This document shows positions 37,954 to 48,981 of a stretch of DNA of 64,000 nt, one piece after another. Each line of letters starts with the position of its first letter. Within the stretch, counting starts at the first letter, position 1. The stretch comes from Candidatus Borrarchaeum weybense (GTDB lineage Archaea > Asgardarchaeota > Sifarchaeia > Borrarchaeales > Borrarchaeaceae), in the NCBI GenBank assembly GCA_019057385.1, contig JAHQJS010000006.1:837038-901037 (forward strand), in the 5' to 3' direction. The notes under the pieces are model-generated. The model was not told the DNA's origin. It ran no database searches and saw nothing but the letters and a program-made list of their open reading frames with translations. The position numbers and the translations under genes were made by a program.

Positions 37954-38823
37954 TTATAATTCATCGCCCAATTCCTTTTTCTCAAAATAACGCTTTCTTA
38001 GTGTATATATAAAGAAAATAGCAACAAAAATAACCCCAATAACGATTAACCATACACTATAGGAAGGTCCTTCAATAATAATATCGAGATATAAGATATC
38101 GGAAACGATTTTACCCGACTGAACCCATGTCAAGCGTATATTGATTGTTCGTGGTCCTTTTGCGACATTGTTGCTGATGTCAAGTTCAAAAGTCGCGTAT
38201 TTTGTTTCATTTGCGTAAATTGTGCCAAGAAAGTCTTGTGTTTGGCCGGTTATACCGTTGCCAATGAACTCTACCATTACATCATTCGCTTCAATAGTGG
38301 AATTATTTAAAATAAAGAGTTTAACTTGTACACCTTCAGCGCCTGCCTGTAACTTGTTTGGAGTTGCGTCTATTATTACAAACGCGACTTTTTCGCCTAC
38401 ATAAAAAGGCACTTCAAGAGTATCTTCGCCAGTTCCCCAATCTAATTCTAATTCAAGGTCGTACTTCTTTGCTTCAGTAGTGTCTAATATATCTATATAA
38501 AACAGAAGCGAGACTGTTTGCTTACTTTCAACGTCGCCAAGATATTGTTCAATCGATCCAGCATATGAACTTCTCATGCCTGAAGGCAAGTTAAGACGTG
38601 CTTCAACATCTGTCGCAGTTTTTGAAGATGTATTTTTAATTTTAATTGAGATGGCGATCTCATTATCGCCTGGGAAAACTTTTGATGGCGTATAGGAAGA
38701 TTCCTGCAAAATAAACCTTTCACTAGCAGCTTCAGTTGGAATTGGGAGGTATCCTGACAACAAAATAGATACAAAAAATATTAGAAAAATGTATCTAATT
38801 GATTTTTTTCCATTTTTTATCAT
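37954..38823 (-). CDS. COG1361 S-layer/CARDB-like membrane-anchored protein
   Basis: Same architecture (SSY.P.KVFPG, QYLG, LFYIDI). Confidence 0.75.
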   Translation of the reverse strand: MIKNGKKSIRYIFLIFFVSILLSGYLPIPTEAASERFILQESSYTPSKVFPGDNEIAISIKIKNTSSKTATDVEARLNLPSGMRSSYAGSIEQYLGDVESKQTVSLLFYIDILDTTEAKKYDLELELDWGTGEDTLEVPFYVGEKVAFVIIDATPNKLQAGAEGVQVKLFILNNSTIEANDVMVEFIGNGITGQTQDFLGTIYANETKYATFELDISNNVAKGPRTINIRLTWVQSGKIVSDILYLDIIIEGPSYSVWLIVIGVIFVAIFFIYTLRKRYFEKKELGDEL

Positions 38824-38833
38824 TGATTCTCAC

Positions 38834-39967
38834 CTATTCAAGTTTTTTCACAAATCTTTGAATGCTAAGTATTAGCGTAAGAATCGCAAAGAGTGCTAAC
38901 GCCAATAAATCGGTATAAATGTAACCTAAACTCTTACCTTTAGTCATAATTCCTCTGCAGCCGTTTATGTAATATGTCAAGGGCACAAGGTATGGAATCC
39001 ATGAAATATTACGAGGAAAGGCCTCTATAGGGAAAAAGAAGCCCGAAAAAAGTATCGATGGTAAGAAGAAGATGATTGTTGCCTGTACAGCTTGAAGTTG
39101 GTTTTTACTAACTGTGGAAACAAGCATACCTAGCCCCAGACATACGATCGCAAAGAGAATTGAAATAAGAAATACATCAAGAATAGATCCTCTTATCGAA
39201 AGCCCAAAAAATCCAATTCCAACAATGAGAACATTACAAATAACAGCAAGAGCTACAAGCATATAAGTCACAAATTTTCCAACGATGAAATCAGCTTTAT
39301 GAATCGGTGAAACGATAATCATTTCGATTGATCCGCTTTCTTTCTCGCGTACAAGGCTTACCGCAGTAAAGATAGTCGTTATCATTTGAACAACAAGTCC
39401 CATGACACCCGGAGCGAAAGCATCAATATTCTTTGTAGTTCCATAGAGTTGAATTTTAAACGTAGAAATTCTTACACTCTCTGAAGTAACGCCAACGGAT
39501 GTCGTCACAGCAAATCTCTCAGAAAACTCTTCAGAAAGTTCAACAGAAATCCGTTCTGCTTCAGCGGTAATAATTTGAGCGATTTGTGGTAGGCTTCCAT
39601 CTACAATAACGATAATATTCGCTGCTTTGCTTTCCTGAAGTGTTTCGGCAAAAGTTGACGGAATATGTATTGCTCCCTTTACCTTACCATTTTCAACTAA
39701 CGATCTGGCATTCTCAAAACCATTTACATATTCCACTACGTCAGTAACTTCTGATTCTTCAAATTTTTGAGTTACATACCAGCTCAAGTTATTATCACTA
39801 TCAGCATTACTGATTACAATGGGAAGGTGTGTTATTTCACCGCCAAATGCGATTCCAAATAGAATCATCATCATAGCAGGTTGGATAATAATCATTGCGA
39901 TTGTGCGACGGTCTCTTTTGAGTTGAAGGAGCTCTTTTCGAAAAACCGCTAAAAATTTTGACCACAA
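38834..39967 (-). CDS. ABC-2 type exporter permease
   Basis: KELLQLKRDRR, VREKESGSIE, LFSGFFFPIE, PLTY. Confidence 0.9.
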   Translation of the reverse strand: MWSKFLAVFRKELLQLKRDRRTIAMIIIQPAMMMILFGIAFGGEITHLPIVISNADSDNNLSWYVTQKFEESEVTDVVEYVNGFENARSLVENGKVKGAIHIPSTFAETLQESKAANIIVIVDGSLPQIAQIITAEAERISVELSEEFSERFAVTTSVGVTSESVRISTFKIQLYGTTKNIDAFAPGVMGLVVQMITTIFTAVSLVREKESGSIEMIIVSPIHKADFIVGKFVTYMLVALAVICNVLIVGIGFFGLSIRGSILDVFLISILFAIVCLGLGMLVSTVSKNQLQAVQATIIFFLPSILFSGFFFPIEAFPRNISWIPYLVPLTYYINGCRGIMTKGKSLGYIYTDLLALALFAILTLILSIQRFVKKLE

Positions 39968-40918
39968 CTATGACCCCTCCGCCATTAATTTTATGAAAGC
40001 ATCTTCCATGGAGATTGAGACTTTTCCTGCAGTCAAGACATCTATCGAGTAGGAGTAGAGTAGCTTTTGAATTTTAGGAAGATCTGAATCCGCATTTTCT
40101 ACAACGAAATGTGTTTGGCATCCGCGTGGCTCAATATCACGAAAAAACAGGATTTCTTTGATTTCATCAATATCCACCAAAATGTTTCTTAGGTCTTGTT
40201 CAGACTCGCGGACTGTCACTTGAACTAAATCGCCATTATGAACCTTTCTCACGATTTCGGTCGGCGAGCCCTCGGCAATGAGATTACCATTGCTAATCAA
40301 ACCTAATCTATCGCAATGCTTTGCCTCGTCCAGATAGTGAGTGGTGACAAGTATAGTCGTTCCTTTTGCATTCAGTTCACGGAAAAATTGCCAAAACGTT
40401 CTTCTTAGAGGTGGATCAATACCCGCTGTAGGCTCATCTAAAATCAATATTTTAGGCTCATGAAGTAAAGCATTTGCTAGTGATAAACGATTTTTCATTC
40501 CACCACTAAGCTCATTTGCCAAATAATTTTCAAAATCCTGTAGTTTTACTAATTCCAAAACTTCTTTGATGCGTTGTTTTCTCTGTGACTGCGATAATCC
40601 ATAAATCGTTCCATAAAAGTCTAAATTTTCATAAGTTGTTAGATCACCATAGAGAATAAAGTTTTGAGCCATATAACCGATTTTTTGCTTCACTTCTTCT
40701 GGATTTTTGACTACATCAATTTCATCAACAAGTGCAGTTCCAGCTGATGGAGAGAGAACTCCGCATATCATTCGGATTGCTGTGGTTTTTCCTGCACCGT
40801 TAGGTCCTATGAATCCAAAAATTTCATCTTTTCTGATCCTTAAATTCAAACTATCAACAGCTGTGAAGGCGCCGAATGCTTTTGTAAGATTTCTACATTC
40901 TATGGCGTATTTTATCAC
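39968..40918 (-). CDS. ABC-2 type exporter ATPase
   Basis: GPNGAGKTT, LSGGMK, LDEPTAGID. Confidence 0.92.
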   Translation of the reverse strand: MIKYAIECRNLTKAFGAFTAVDSLNLRIRKDEIFGFIGPNGAGKTTAIRMICGVLSPSAGTALVDEIDVVKNPEEVKQKIGYMAQNFILYGDLTTYENLDFYGTIYGLSQSQRKQRIKEVLELVKLQDFENYLANELSGGMKNRLSLANALLHEPKILILDEPTAGIDPPLRRTFWQFFRELNAKGTTILVTTHYLDEAKHCDRLGLISNGNLIAEGSPTEIVRKVHNGDLVQVTVRESEQDLRNILVDIDEIKEILFFRDIEPRGCQTHFVVENADSDLPKIQKLLYSYSIDVLTAGKVSISMEDAFIKLMAEGS

Positions 40919-41048
40919 AATACCACAGCCATTTGAAGCTAGGAATAGATTTAAATAATATTATTATTGAAGAAATATTATTAATTATTACTACTAAATA
41001 AATATTATTTTAATTTATTGTCACTGAAAGAACATCAATTGTGAGTTT

Positions 41049-41894
41049 ATGAGCGAAAAAGACATAGTTGAAACTATCAAAAGGCTAGGATTTACCGAAT
41101 ACGAAGCGAAAGTATATCTTGCACTAATCAAAAATGGGCGTAGTACTGCTGGAGAATTAACACTTCTAAGTGGAGTCCCTCATTCACGTATTTATGGTAT
41201 TCTCCAAACACTTGAAGCAAAAAATTGGGTCAATAGAGAAGGAGTAAGCTCACGAGGGGGGAAGGCTGCAAAATATAAGGCGAAGCCTCCAGAAGAAACC
41301 CTGAACGTATATTTCAATGAGTTTTCCGAAAGCGTAGTAGAAGCAACATCCACTTTGCAAAATTTATACGATCAAAAAAGTTCAACAGAAAAGTTCGAAT
41401 TTTGGGCATTGAGAGGGGAGGATGTTTACAGAACCATGAATAAAATGATGAAAGCAGGAAAATTCGTAGTTCTAGTTCTCCAAGTTGAACCCGCTTTGAC
41501 GCTCTACGTAAGCAAAATCTTTGAAACGCTTCAGAAAAGCCAATCAGACCTTAAGGAATTGTTACTTCTCACAGATCTTGATCAAATTCACGAAATATTT
41601 GGACTCGACTTTGTTAAAAAAATTTGTAAAGATTTCAAGGTAGCTCATACGGGTCTGCGCCCATTTCCGTTGCCATTCGTTTCAGTATTGAATGTTGATT
41701 TTGAACGTGTCCTAGTAGTTTTCCCAACAGTAGCAACTGTTTCAGATGAATTCACTCTTATGGACGTAGTAGGTGCTTATCTCGAAATACCAGGGTTTCC
41801 TGTTACGCGTGTCTTCGCAGAAAGATTCGTTCAAAAGATGAAAGGCTTTAAAAGTGGGCAGGAATGGCTCAAAGAATTGCATAGAGGAAGATAA
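41049..41894 (+). CDS. TrmB-family transcriptional regulator
   Basis: LGFTEYEAKVYLAL...SGVPHSRIYGIL..L; divergent from the ABC operon. Confidence 0.9.
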   Translation: MSEKDIVETIKRLGFTEYEAKVYLALIKNGRSTAGELTLLSGVPHSRIYGILQTLEAKNWVNREGVSSRGGKAAKYKAKPPEETLNVYFNEFSESVVEATSTLQNLYDQKSSTEKFEFWALRGEDVYRTMNKMMKAGKFVVLVLQVEPALTLYVSKIFETLQKSQSDLKELLLLTDLDQIHEIFGLDFVKKICKDFKVAHTGLRPFPLPFVSVLNVDFERVLVVFPTVATVSDEFTLMDVVGAYLEIPGFPVTRVFAERFVQKMKGFKSGQEWLKELHRGR

Positions 41895-41985
41895 GAACTA
41901 TAGGTTTTGGATACTGGTTTTAAATATTCATAAGTTGTATATTAGTCTTTAAAAAAATCCTATGCGTTTTATGGAGTTGAACCTT

Positions 41986-42573
41986 ATGGTTTCAAAGCGT
42001 ATAAAAATTGCAATAATTGTTGTGGTGGTCCTTATTGTCGGGTTTTTCGGTACTGTGGGGATACTTTTTGTCATTGGGCATACGCCACATGTAAGCGACG
42101 TTCAAGTCAGCAACCCTGAAGGTAATGCTGGAGTTGCGTTCGTGGTCTATCAGCCGGGAATAAGCAATTTTCAAGAAAAAGTGACCAATGCCTTCGTAGA
42201 CGGTCTTATTTCCAATGATTGGCGCGTTGAAATTACTACCGCAAGCTCTCAGACACCTACTGACCTATCTAACTACGACCTTCTGGTCCTTGGGAGTCCT
42301 ATTTATGCTGATACACCCACCCAACCTGTCATGGACTATGTAAGTAATGTTGGCGATCTCGAAGGCATGAACACAGTAATTCTTCTTACAGGAGGTGCGG
42401 GAACCGGAGATGACGCACCCAGTATACTGGGAAACCATGTACAAGAAGCAAACGGTGTCGTCGTTAAGTCGCTGATGCTATATAGCACCTCGGCTTCCAA
42501 TGAGGAACAGTATGGCACTACTGATCCAATAGTAATAGCGACGAAGGCTGGAGAAGAGTGCTCCCTTCTTTAA
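41986..42573 (+). CDS. Membrane-anchored flavodoxin-like protein
   Basis: N-terminal TM; YDLLVLGSPIY flavodoxin motif. Confidence 0.72.
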   Translation: MVSKRIKIAIIVVVVLIVGFFGTVGILFVIGHTPHVSDVQVSNPEGNAGVAFVVYQPGISNFQEKVTNAFVDGLISNDWRVEITTASSQTPTDLSNYDLLVLGSPIYADTPTQPVMDYVSNVGDLEGMNTVILLTGGAGTGDDAPSILGNHVQEANGVVVKSLMLYSTSASNEEQYGTTDPIVIATKAGEECSLL

Positions 42574-42587
42574 AGGAGTAGGAGAAT

Positions 42588-43187
42588 TTGGCCAATTTAT
42601 TTACCGAAAAATGGATCAAGACTTTTATTCCTTATGGGGTTGCTTTACTCCGAGCATTTTTCGCCCCTTTTCTTTTTTATACGTTTATCAACGATTTGAG
42701 AATATGGACAATCATCCTCTTTTTCTTTGCATGTTTCACTGACTATTTTGATGGATATCTTGTAAGAAAACTAGATATAATTTCTCCTTCATCCCTTGAA
42801 TCCTACCTCGATGCCACAGCCGATTTTATTATTATCTTTACAATGTTCTTTGCTTTCATGCTGAAGCAAATATATCCCTATTGGATATTAATCATTATTG
42901 GCGTTTTCTTCCTGCAATTCGTAATTACCTCAGGGCTTAAAAGTCCCGTTTACGATCCAGTCGGAAAATATACTGGATTATTTTTCTTTGTCGTCATTAT
43001 TATTACGTTGCTTTTCCCTCAACCTATCGTCTATAACGTCTTATTAATTTGCATAATTGGATTCACTGCGATATCGGTGTTAAGCCGTTCTGTGTACCTT
43101 ATAACACACAAGAAGGACGAACCTTTTATAGATAAATCTCCAAGCGATCTGTTGGCACGGATCTTGGTAGTTAATTTAAATACTTAG
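42588..43187 (+). CDS. CDP-alcohol phosphatidyltransferase family
   Basis: TDYFDGYLVR...YLDATAD (variant of the DG..AR...G...D...D motif). Confidence 0.82.
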   Translation: MANLFTEKWIKTFIPYGVALLRAFFAPFLFYTFINDLRIWTIILFFFACFTDYFDGYLVRKLDIISPSSLESYLDATADFIIIFTMFFAFMLKQIYPYWILIIIGVFFLQFVITSGLKSPVYDPVGKYTGLFFFVVIIITLLFPQPIVYNVLLICIIGFTAISVLSRSVYLITHKKDEPFIDKSPSDLLARILVVNLNT

Positions 43188-43244
43188 TTTTGCTATAAAT
43201 GGTTCTTAAGATTTTTAAAATTAGAAATTGGAGGAGGCGAGTTC

Positions 43245-43823
43245 ATGCCTACATTCATCTGTTTAATGAACTACACAGAACAAGGAATTAGAACAATTAA
43301 AGACTCCCCTAAACGAATTGAAGAAGGTATCAAACTTTTTGAGGATATGGGAGGTAAGTTAGTTGCTATTTATTCAACTCAGGGCGAATATGACTTGATT
43401 GCTGTCGGTGAAGCGCCCAGTGATGAGATCGCTACGACTTTCACTTTAAGACTTGCATCCTTGGGAAACATAAGGACAACGACATTAAAGGCGTTTACCG
43501 TACAATCCTCTATGAAGGACGACCCTGCTATGCCGACTTTTGTACTCTTCATGAAATTCACTGATATGGGCATTAGGAGGGTTAAGGACTCCCCTGGGCG
43601 AATTGAGGAAGCAATTCAAGGCTGGGACGCTTTAGGGGGAAAGTTAATAGGCCTATATACGGTCTTGGGGGATATCGACTTAATGGCAATCGGTGATGCT
43701 CCTAATGATGAAGCCGTTATAAATTTCATTCTGAAGCTAGGTTCGGTTGGAAACGTAAGAACAAAAACATTCAGGGTGTTTACAAAGGAAGAATTTACAG
43801 AAATGGTTAATAAGTTGCCTTAA
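43245..43823 (+). CDS. Tandem GYD-domain protein
   Basis: Two repeats of MPTF..LM..T..GIR..KDSP.RIE...GGKL...Y...G.YD...GNIRT.T. Confidence 0.85.
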   Translation: MPTFICLMNYTEQGIRTIKDSPKRIEEGIKLFEDMGGKLVAIYSTQGEYDLIAVGEAPSDEIATTFTLRLASLGNIRTTTLKAFTVQSSMKDDPAMPTFVLFMKFTDMGIRRVKDSPGRIEEAIQGWDALGGKLIGLYTVLGDIDLMAIGDAPNDEAVINFILKLGSVGNVRTKTFRVFTKEEFTEMVNKLP

Positions 43824-44004
43824 TCTTATCGGCGATAACAACAGATGCATTTGAAATTGACTCTTTTTTCTTTTTTCTTGTATAGTTGGCTTAAGTTTTA
43901 TCTTTGTGTCTAAAAAGTTCAAGAAGCATATTTTTTTAAGCAACATAGGCATATAATTACGTTTCATTATTTATAGAAAAGGAATTAAAAAGGGGTACAA
44001 GCTG

Positions 44005-44766
44005 ATGGAGAAAGGGGACTTTGTAGTAGAAACAGTTGATCTGAATAAGGAGTTCCATCTAGGTGATATTATAGTCCCTGCTCTACGGGGTATTAATTTC
44101 CAAGTGAAAAAGGGTGAATTTGTAGTCATCATGGGACCATCAGGAAGTGGAAAATCAACTCTACTAAACATGATAGGTGGTCTAGATAACCCTACAGCAG
44201 GAAAGGTCTACATTAATGGGCAGGACATTTCACAAATGTCGGATGCAGCCTTAACTGATCTTAGAGCTCGAGAAATTGGATTTGTTTTTCAATTTTATAA
44301 CCTTGTTCCCGTACTGACGGCTTTAGAAAACGTGGAGTTACCTTTAATGGTAACGGGTGTTCCTGATAAAGAAAGCAGAAAACGCGCTACAGAACTTCTA
44401 GGATTAGTTGGACTTGGGGATCGCCTTCATCATAGACCTGATGAGCTCAGTGGTGGGCAGCGCCAACGTGTTTCTATAGCGCGTGCGATTGCAAATGATC
44501 CCGCAATCGTTCTAGCGGATGAGCCGACGGGGGATGTCGACACGAAGACCGGAGATGAAATTTTGGATTTGATGCATGACTTGAATAGAAATTTGGGGAC
44601 CACCCTAATTGTCATCACACATGATCCAGCAGTTGCAGAGCACTGCGACAGGCTTGTTCGGATAGTCGATGGACAAATAGCCACAGATAGGGCAACAGCA
44701 CGTAAATTACTTGAAATTAGTGATGAAGAACGACAGGTATTTGAAGAACTTACTGGAATTAAGTGA
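44005..44766 (+). CDS. LolD/MacB-type ABC ATPase (copy 1)
   Basis: GPSGSGKST, LSGGQRQRV, ADEPTG. Confidence 0.93.
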   Translation: MEKGDFVVETVDLNKEFHLGDIIVPALRGINFQVKKGEFVVIMGPSGSGKSTLLNMIGGLDNPTAGKVYINGQDISQMSDAALTDLRAREIGFVFQFYNLVPVLTALENVELPLMVTGVPDKESRKRATELLGLVGLGDRLHHRPDELSGGQRQRVSIARAIANDPAIVLADEPTGDVDTKTGDEILDLMHDLNRNLGTTLIVITHDPAVAEHCDRLVRIVDGQIATDRATARKLLEISDEERQVFEELTGIK

Positions 44767-44811
44767 ATATAGATATATATTCAATTAAATCAACCCTGTG
44801 AGGGGATTATT

Positions 44812-47787
44812 ATGCAACTAGGGATGTTAGCTGCCAACTTGGTTGTTGTAGTCATTCCTGTAATCATTGGTATCATAGCCATTCTTCTTTGGAAAGATAA
44901 GCGCTTAGTTAAAATGGCACTTCGCAACCTAGGACGAAGGAAGACTCGCAACTTTCTCACCGTGGTTGGAGTAATGGCTTCAGTCAGTCTATACGTAGCA
45001 TTTAACATAGCTAGTGATAACACGTATCAGGTTTTTTATAACGTAGTTGAACTGCTGGGAGGCAAAGTAGATTTCGAAGTCAGTCGAGTTGATGGTGAAC
45101 CTTTTGATGAAGACCTCCTCGATGACATTTTGCAGGTAGAGGGGGTGAAAGCAGCAGCCCCTCGGATACAGCGCTACAGTGTGATCTATATCAAAGCTGA
45201 TGGAAACTCAACTACGGCAGTTATAGTTGGAATAGATCCACAGTATGACAACGAGTTCGGAGAGATATTTGATTATAACACCAGCGACCCCATCAATACT
45301 AGTGAAGTCCTTTCGGGAAAGGTAGCCATAGTGAGCGAATCACTGATGGATGGCATTACGTGGCAAGAAGAAGTTGATGATGGCGAGGATGATGAGTTTG
45401 AAATCGTCAATGCCACCGTTGGAGATAGCATGATGATCAAGTATCGAGGCGAAGGAGTAGGAAAAAGGGAGCGTTGGAAGATCGCCGCTTTTGCGGAAGT
45501 GACTGGCAAAACTCGACAGGTGGGTTTTGGGTCATGCGTCTTTATTACATTAGATAGCGCCCAAAAGTTCTTTCCAAAGTGTAAAGGCAAAGTTGATCAG
45601 ATCGTAGTGGAAATGGATCCTGCGTACGCAGATGAATGGCAAGATGTAAGGCAAAGGATCCAAGAAGTGGTAGATGACGAAAAATGTACGGTATTTGCGC
45701 CGAAACAAAGCATTTTGGAACAAAACGAGGCATCTTTATCGGGTATGAACGCAGGTCTTCTTTTTGCAGGAGCAACAACTTTACTAGCAATGATATTTTT
45801 GATCTTTAATGCCATTAACATGACGATTAGCGAAAGACGATATGAAATCGGGGTACTTAGGAGCATAGGATTCAAAAAACGACATATCTTTCGATTATTT
45901 CTGTACGAAGTACTGATATTAGGTATAACTGGAAGTGCGAGTGGTGTGTTCCTTGGCATAGGGATATCCCAGGGGTTACTTTGGTATTTTAAACAGCTCT
46001 TTAACGTACCAATCGAATTCGCTGCCAAAGAAGTCGCAACCCTCCCTGTTGACCCAGGCGATCTACGAGATGGCTTTTTTATTGGTGTCATCTTTACATT
46101 CCTAGGCGGATTATATCCGCTGTTAGCTGTCTCTGCGATGCCAATTATGGGCGCGCTAAGGCCAGAAGCCCGTCAAACTGAAAAAATTAAGTTGAGACAT
46201 CGGCTTCGATGGATCGCTGGAGGCAGCATACTCCTCGTTGTTGGGGTGGGCCTTATATTCGCTTCATCATTTGTTCTGGGGCTTCAAGATACCTTTCTTA
46301 TTGGTATATTCCTGTTAATGACAGCTACTGGTCTAGTCCTTATCATGGGTGGCTTAAAACGTAAATATCTTACGATTTCAGCTGGAGTTATATTCCTAGG
46401 AATCGGTCTTTTTGATGTGCTCTTTGTAGAATCATTTTTTTCGAGCTATATCTTAATGGTAGGATCGATTATCTTTACTGCGGGCATTTTAAGAGGAATT
46501 GGTGGATTCTTTAATTTCATTACCAAACAGATTCCAGGTTTCAAGTATGTGGGTTCGCTTGCAAGTAAAAACATAGCTCGAAAGCCCACAAGGAGCACAC
46601 TAACCTTTGGCATTTTTACGATCTGTTTAGCGCTTGTGATTTCGGTCGCATCAATTATGATCGCTATCGAAACAGGAATTCTACAATGGGTTGACGACAA
46701 TCTTGAGGAAGATATGTGGATCACCACATCTGTGGGGGCTCCTCTCGGCCTAAGCGGGAACATTACACGAAATATAGAAGGAATACATTGGATGAATACG
46801 AGTGATGAAGGGATGCGACCCGCTTGCACTGCCCAAGTATACGCAGGGGCTCGTTTCGAACTTTGGGATGAAGATTTTGATTCATTACTAATAGGTATCA
46901 ACAGCACGGAGTATTTTGCCGTGAATGAAAATACTATGCAACATAAAATTCTGGAACCAAACATTACTGATACCTACAAACTCTTCAAGCGTCTAAAGAG
47001 TACACATGAAAATAGTTGCATTATAAGCGATAGACTAGCTGAAGAACTCCACATAAGAGTAGGCCAGAAAACACCGGTTGGTATATGGTCTCATGGAAAT
47101 TTTACAGAGTTTAAAGTAGTAGGAATCATGCACAACGACATCATTGGCTACCCGCAACCTGGATATTTCTGTCTAATTGACATCGACAAATTCCTCGACT
47201 TCGGGTTTGATGAAACAGCATACCATTTCTCAATGAAACTTGATAGATATTATCCAAATGGCACAGAGGTAGACCCGCAAGTTGTGGCAGACCAGATTGA
47301 CGAACGATGGGGCGATGAATATAAACTAAGCTTCTCGTTCAAAGAAGGTGTCAAAGATGACGTTCGCGAACAAGTACAACAAATCGGGACCTTCTTTAAT
47401 ATCATCACATATTCTAGCATTATCGTTGGTTTATTAGTTTTAGTAACAACGATGATAAAAATTGTAAGCGAACGACGTCGGGAAATTGGCTTACTCCGTA
47501 CAATAGGCATAAAAAAAGTAAAAGTGATGCAACTCATCCTTTTTGAGTCGATATTCCTTGCTCTTATAGGTCTCTTTCTAGGTATTTTAGATGGTTACAT
47601 CTTAGGGTACACATTCGTTCAGGCTATGGGTAGCGTTGGTTTTGGATCCATGGAGTTTGTTATGCCCTGGGTCGCTATTGGCCAAACAGTAGTAGTTGCT
47701 ATCGCTATAGCCGTCATCGGTGCGCTAGTTCCCGCGTGGAATGCTGGTAAGATACCTCCAGCCGAATCATTGAGATATACAGGATAA
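44812..47787 (+). CDS. FtsX/MacB-like ABC permease with duplicated extracellular + FtsX modules (copy 1)
   Basis: RNLGRRKTR, ERRYEIGVLRSIG, ERRREIGLLRTIG, PAESLRY. Confidence 0.9.
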   Translation: MQLGMLAANLVVVVIPVIIGIIAILLWKDKRLVKMALRNLGRRKTRNFLTVVGVMASVSLYVAFNIASDNTYQVFYNVVELLGGKVDFEVSRVDGEPFDEDLLDDILQVEGVKAAAPRIQRYSVIYIKADGNSTTAVIVGIDPQYDNEFGEIFDYNTSDPINTSEVLSGKVAIVSESLMDGITWQEEVDDGEDDEFEIVNATVGDSMMIKYRGEGVGKRERWKIAAFAEVTGKTRQVGFGSCVFITLDSAQKFFPKCKGKVDQIVVEMDPAYADEWQDVRQRIQEVVDDEKCTVFAPKQSILEQNEASLSGMNAGLLFAGATTLLAMIFLIFNAINMTISERRYEIGVLRSIGFKKRHIFRLFLYEVLILGITGSASGVFLGIGISQGLLWYFKQLFNVPIEFAAKEVATLPVDPGDLRDGFFIGVIFTFLGGLYPLLAVSAMPIMGALRPEARQTEKIKLRHRLRWIAGGSILLVVGVGLIFASSFVLGLQDTFLIGIFLLMTATGLVLIMGGLKRKYLTISAGVIFLGIGLFDVLFVESFFSSYILMVGSIIFTAGILRGIGGFFNFITKQIPGFKYVGSLASKNIARKPTRSTLTFGIFTICLALVISVASIMIAIETGILQWVDDNLEEDMWITTSVGAPLGLSGNITRNIEGIHWMNTSDEGMRPACTAQVYAGARFELWDEDFDSLLIGINSTEYFAVNENTMQHKILEPNITDTYKLFKRLKSTHENSCIISDRLAEELHIRVGQKTPVGIWSHGNFTEFKVVGIMHNDIIGYPQPGYFCLIDIDKFLDFGFDETAYHFSMKLDRYYPNGTEVDPQVVADQIDERWGDEYKLSFSFKEGVKDDVREQVQQIGTFFNIITYSSIIVGLLVLVTTMIKIVSERRREIGLLRTIGIKKVKVMQLILFESIFLALIGLFLGILDGYILGYTFVQAMGSVGFGSMEFVMPWVAIGQTVVVAIAIAVIGALVPAWNAGKIPPAESLRYTG

Positions 47788-47922
47788 ATTAAGTGATATC
47801 TCCTGCCTCATCTCTTTTTTCTGATAATTATAGGCAAAGTCATACGTCAGCAATCAACAAAGAAGTTAAACATAGACGGCATCAATACATAAACTGGTTA
47901 AAAATAGGAGATTGAGGCAGGT

Positions 47923-48834
47923 CTAACAGAAACTTACGGCGTCTACATTGCATGTACGAAGGCATCTTCCACAGAGATAGCATTCACCATAACTTTCAAT
48001 TATTTCTCCTGTCGGGCATTTCATATCGCAAAGTCCGCATTCCGTACATAAATCTCCTTTCTCCAATTTAAATCTGGAGAATTTCGCTACAGGTGCAGCA
48101 ATAGCACCATAAGGGCAAAATAGCCTACAGAAAGGTCTGTATACAAAAATTGAAGCTACAAAAAAAGCACTTATGATGAACACGCCAGGAATTACAATTT
48201 CCAATCTCCAAAACTGATATGGCGCTATTATATTGATCAGATCAATATTAAAGGCGAGAATTAAGCCAATGATCAAACCTAATACCCCTAGTCTTATCCA
48301 GAAGGTGATTTTTGTTGGCACGATCAGTTTATTTTTTCCTTTTTTGCCTGTAGGGACGTCATAGAGAAGTTCTTGAAGTGCCCCTACTGGACATCCATAT
48401 CCACATACTGCACGACCGATAATAAAAGTGAGACCAAGTGTTAAGATGAGTGCTACTACTGTCAGGGTTAAAGAATATCTTGCTACATGACCTGCTCCTA
48501 CCTCTCCCGCAGCAGCCCTTATGCCCTCTGCTCCAAATAATTTCGGGATCAATGTGATTAGATGTCCACCCTGAAGAAAGAAAAACGCCAGAACAGTTAC
48601 ACTTAGCAATATAATTCGCAAGCGGTTGTTGAATTTTGTCTTGACCATTGCTACAATAGCTAAAATTGAGAATCCTACGACATACGTAAAACTGGTTATG
48701 AACTCAACAAGGCTAACTTCACCTTGACTTCTACGCCCCACTCCGTTGCTGAGTCCTTTGAATGTTTTCTTTATTATTTCAGAATACTTCAAGTTCCTGA
48801 TTTTGAATAATTTCTGCATTGTTTTCTCTCTCAC
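47923..48834 (-). CDS. NapH/MauN-like membrane 4Fe-4S binding protein
   Basis: GRAVCGYGCPVG, RPFCRLFCPYG, CTECGLCDMKCP, CYLCGRCLRTC; the true start is probably downstream of 48834. Confidence 0.85.
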   Translation of the reverse strand: MREKTMQKLFKIRNLKYSEIIKKTFKGLSNGVGRRSQGEVSLVEFITSFTYVVGFSILAIVAMVKTKFNNRLRIILLSVTVLAFFFLQGGHLITLIPKLFGAEGIRAAAGEVGAGHVARYSLTLTVVALILTLGLTFIIGRAVCGYGCPVGALQELLYDVPTGKKGKNKLIVPTKITFWIRLGVLGLIIGLILAFNIDLINIIAPYQFWRLEIVIPGVFIISAFFVASIFVYRPFCRLFCPYGAIAAPVAKFSRFKLEKGDLCTECGLCDMKCPTGEIIESYGECYLCGRCLRTCNVDAVSFC

Positions 48835-48981
48835 AGTTTTCTAAGTTTGTTGTGAAAAAATTTTCATTAATTTCTTAGAAGTTAATTCACTTTTTCTTTT
48901 AAATTATGATTCATGCAAAATTAAAGCACAGAATCTTGAATAAAACAGCTACTAAGACAGTAACCACCAGAAAAGTGATAA

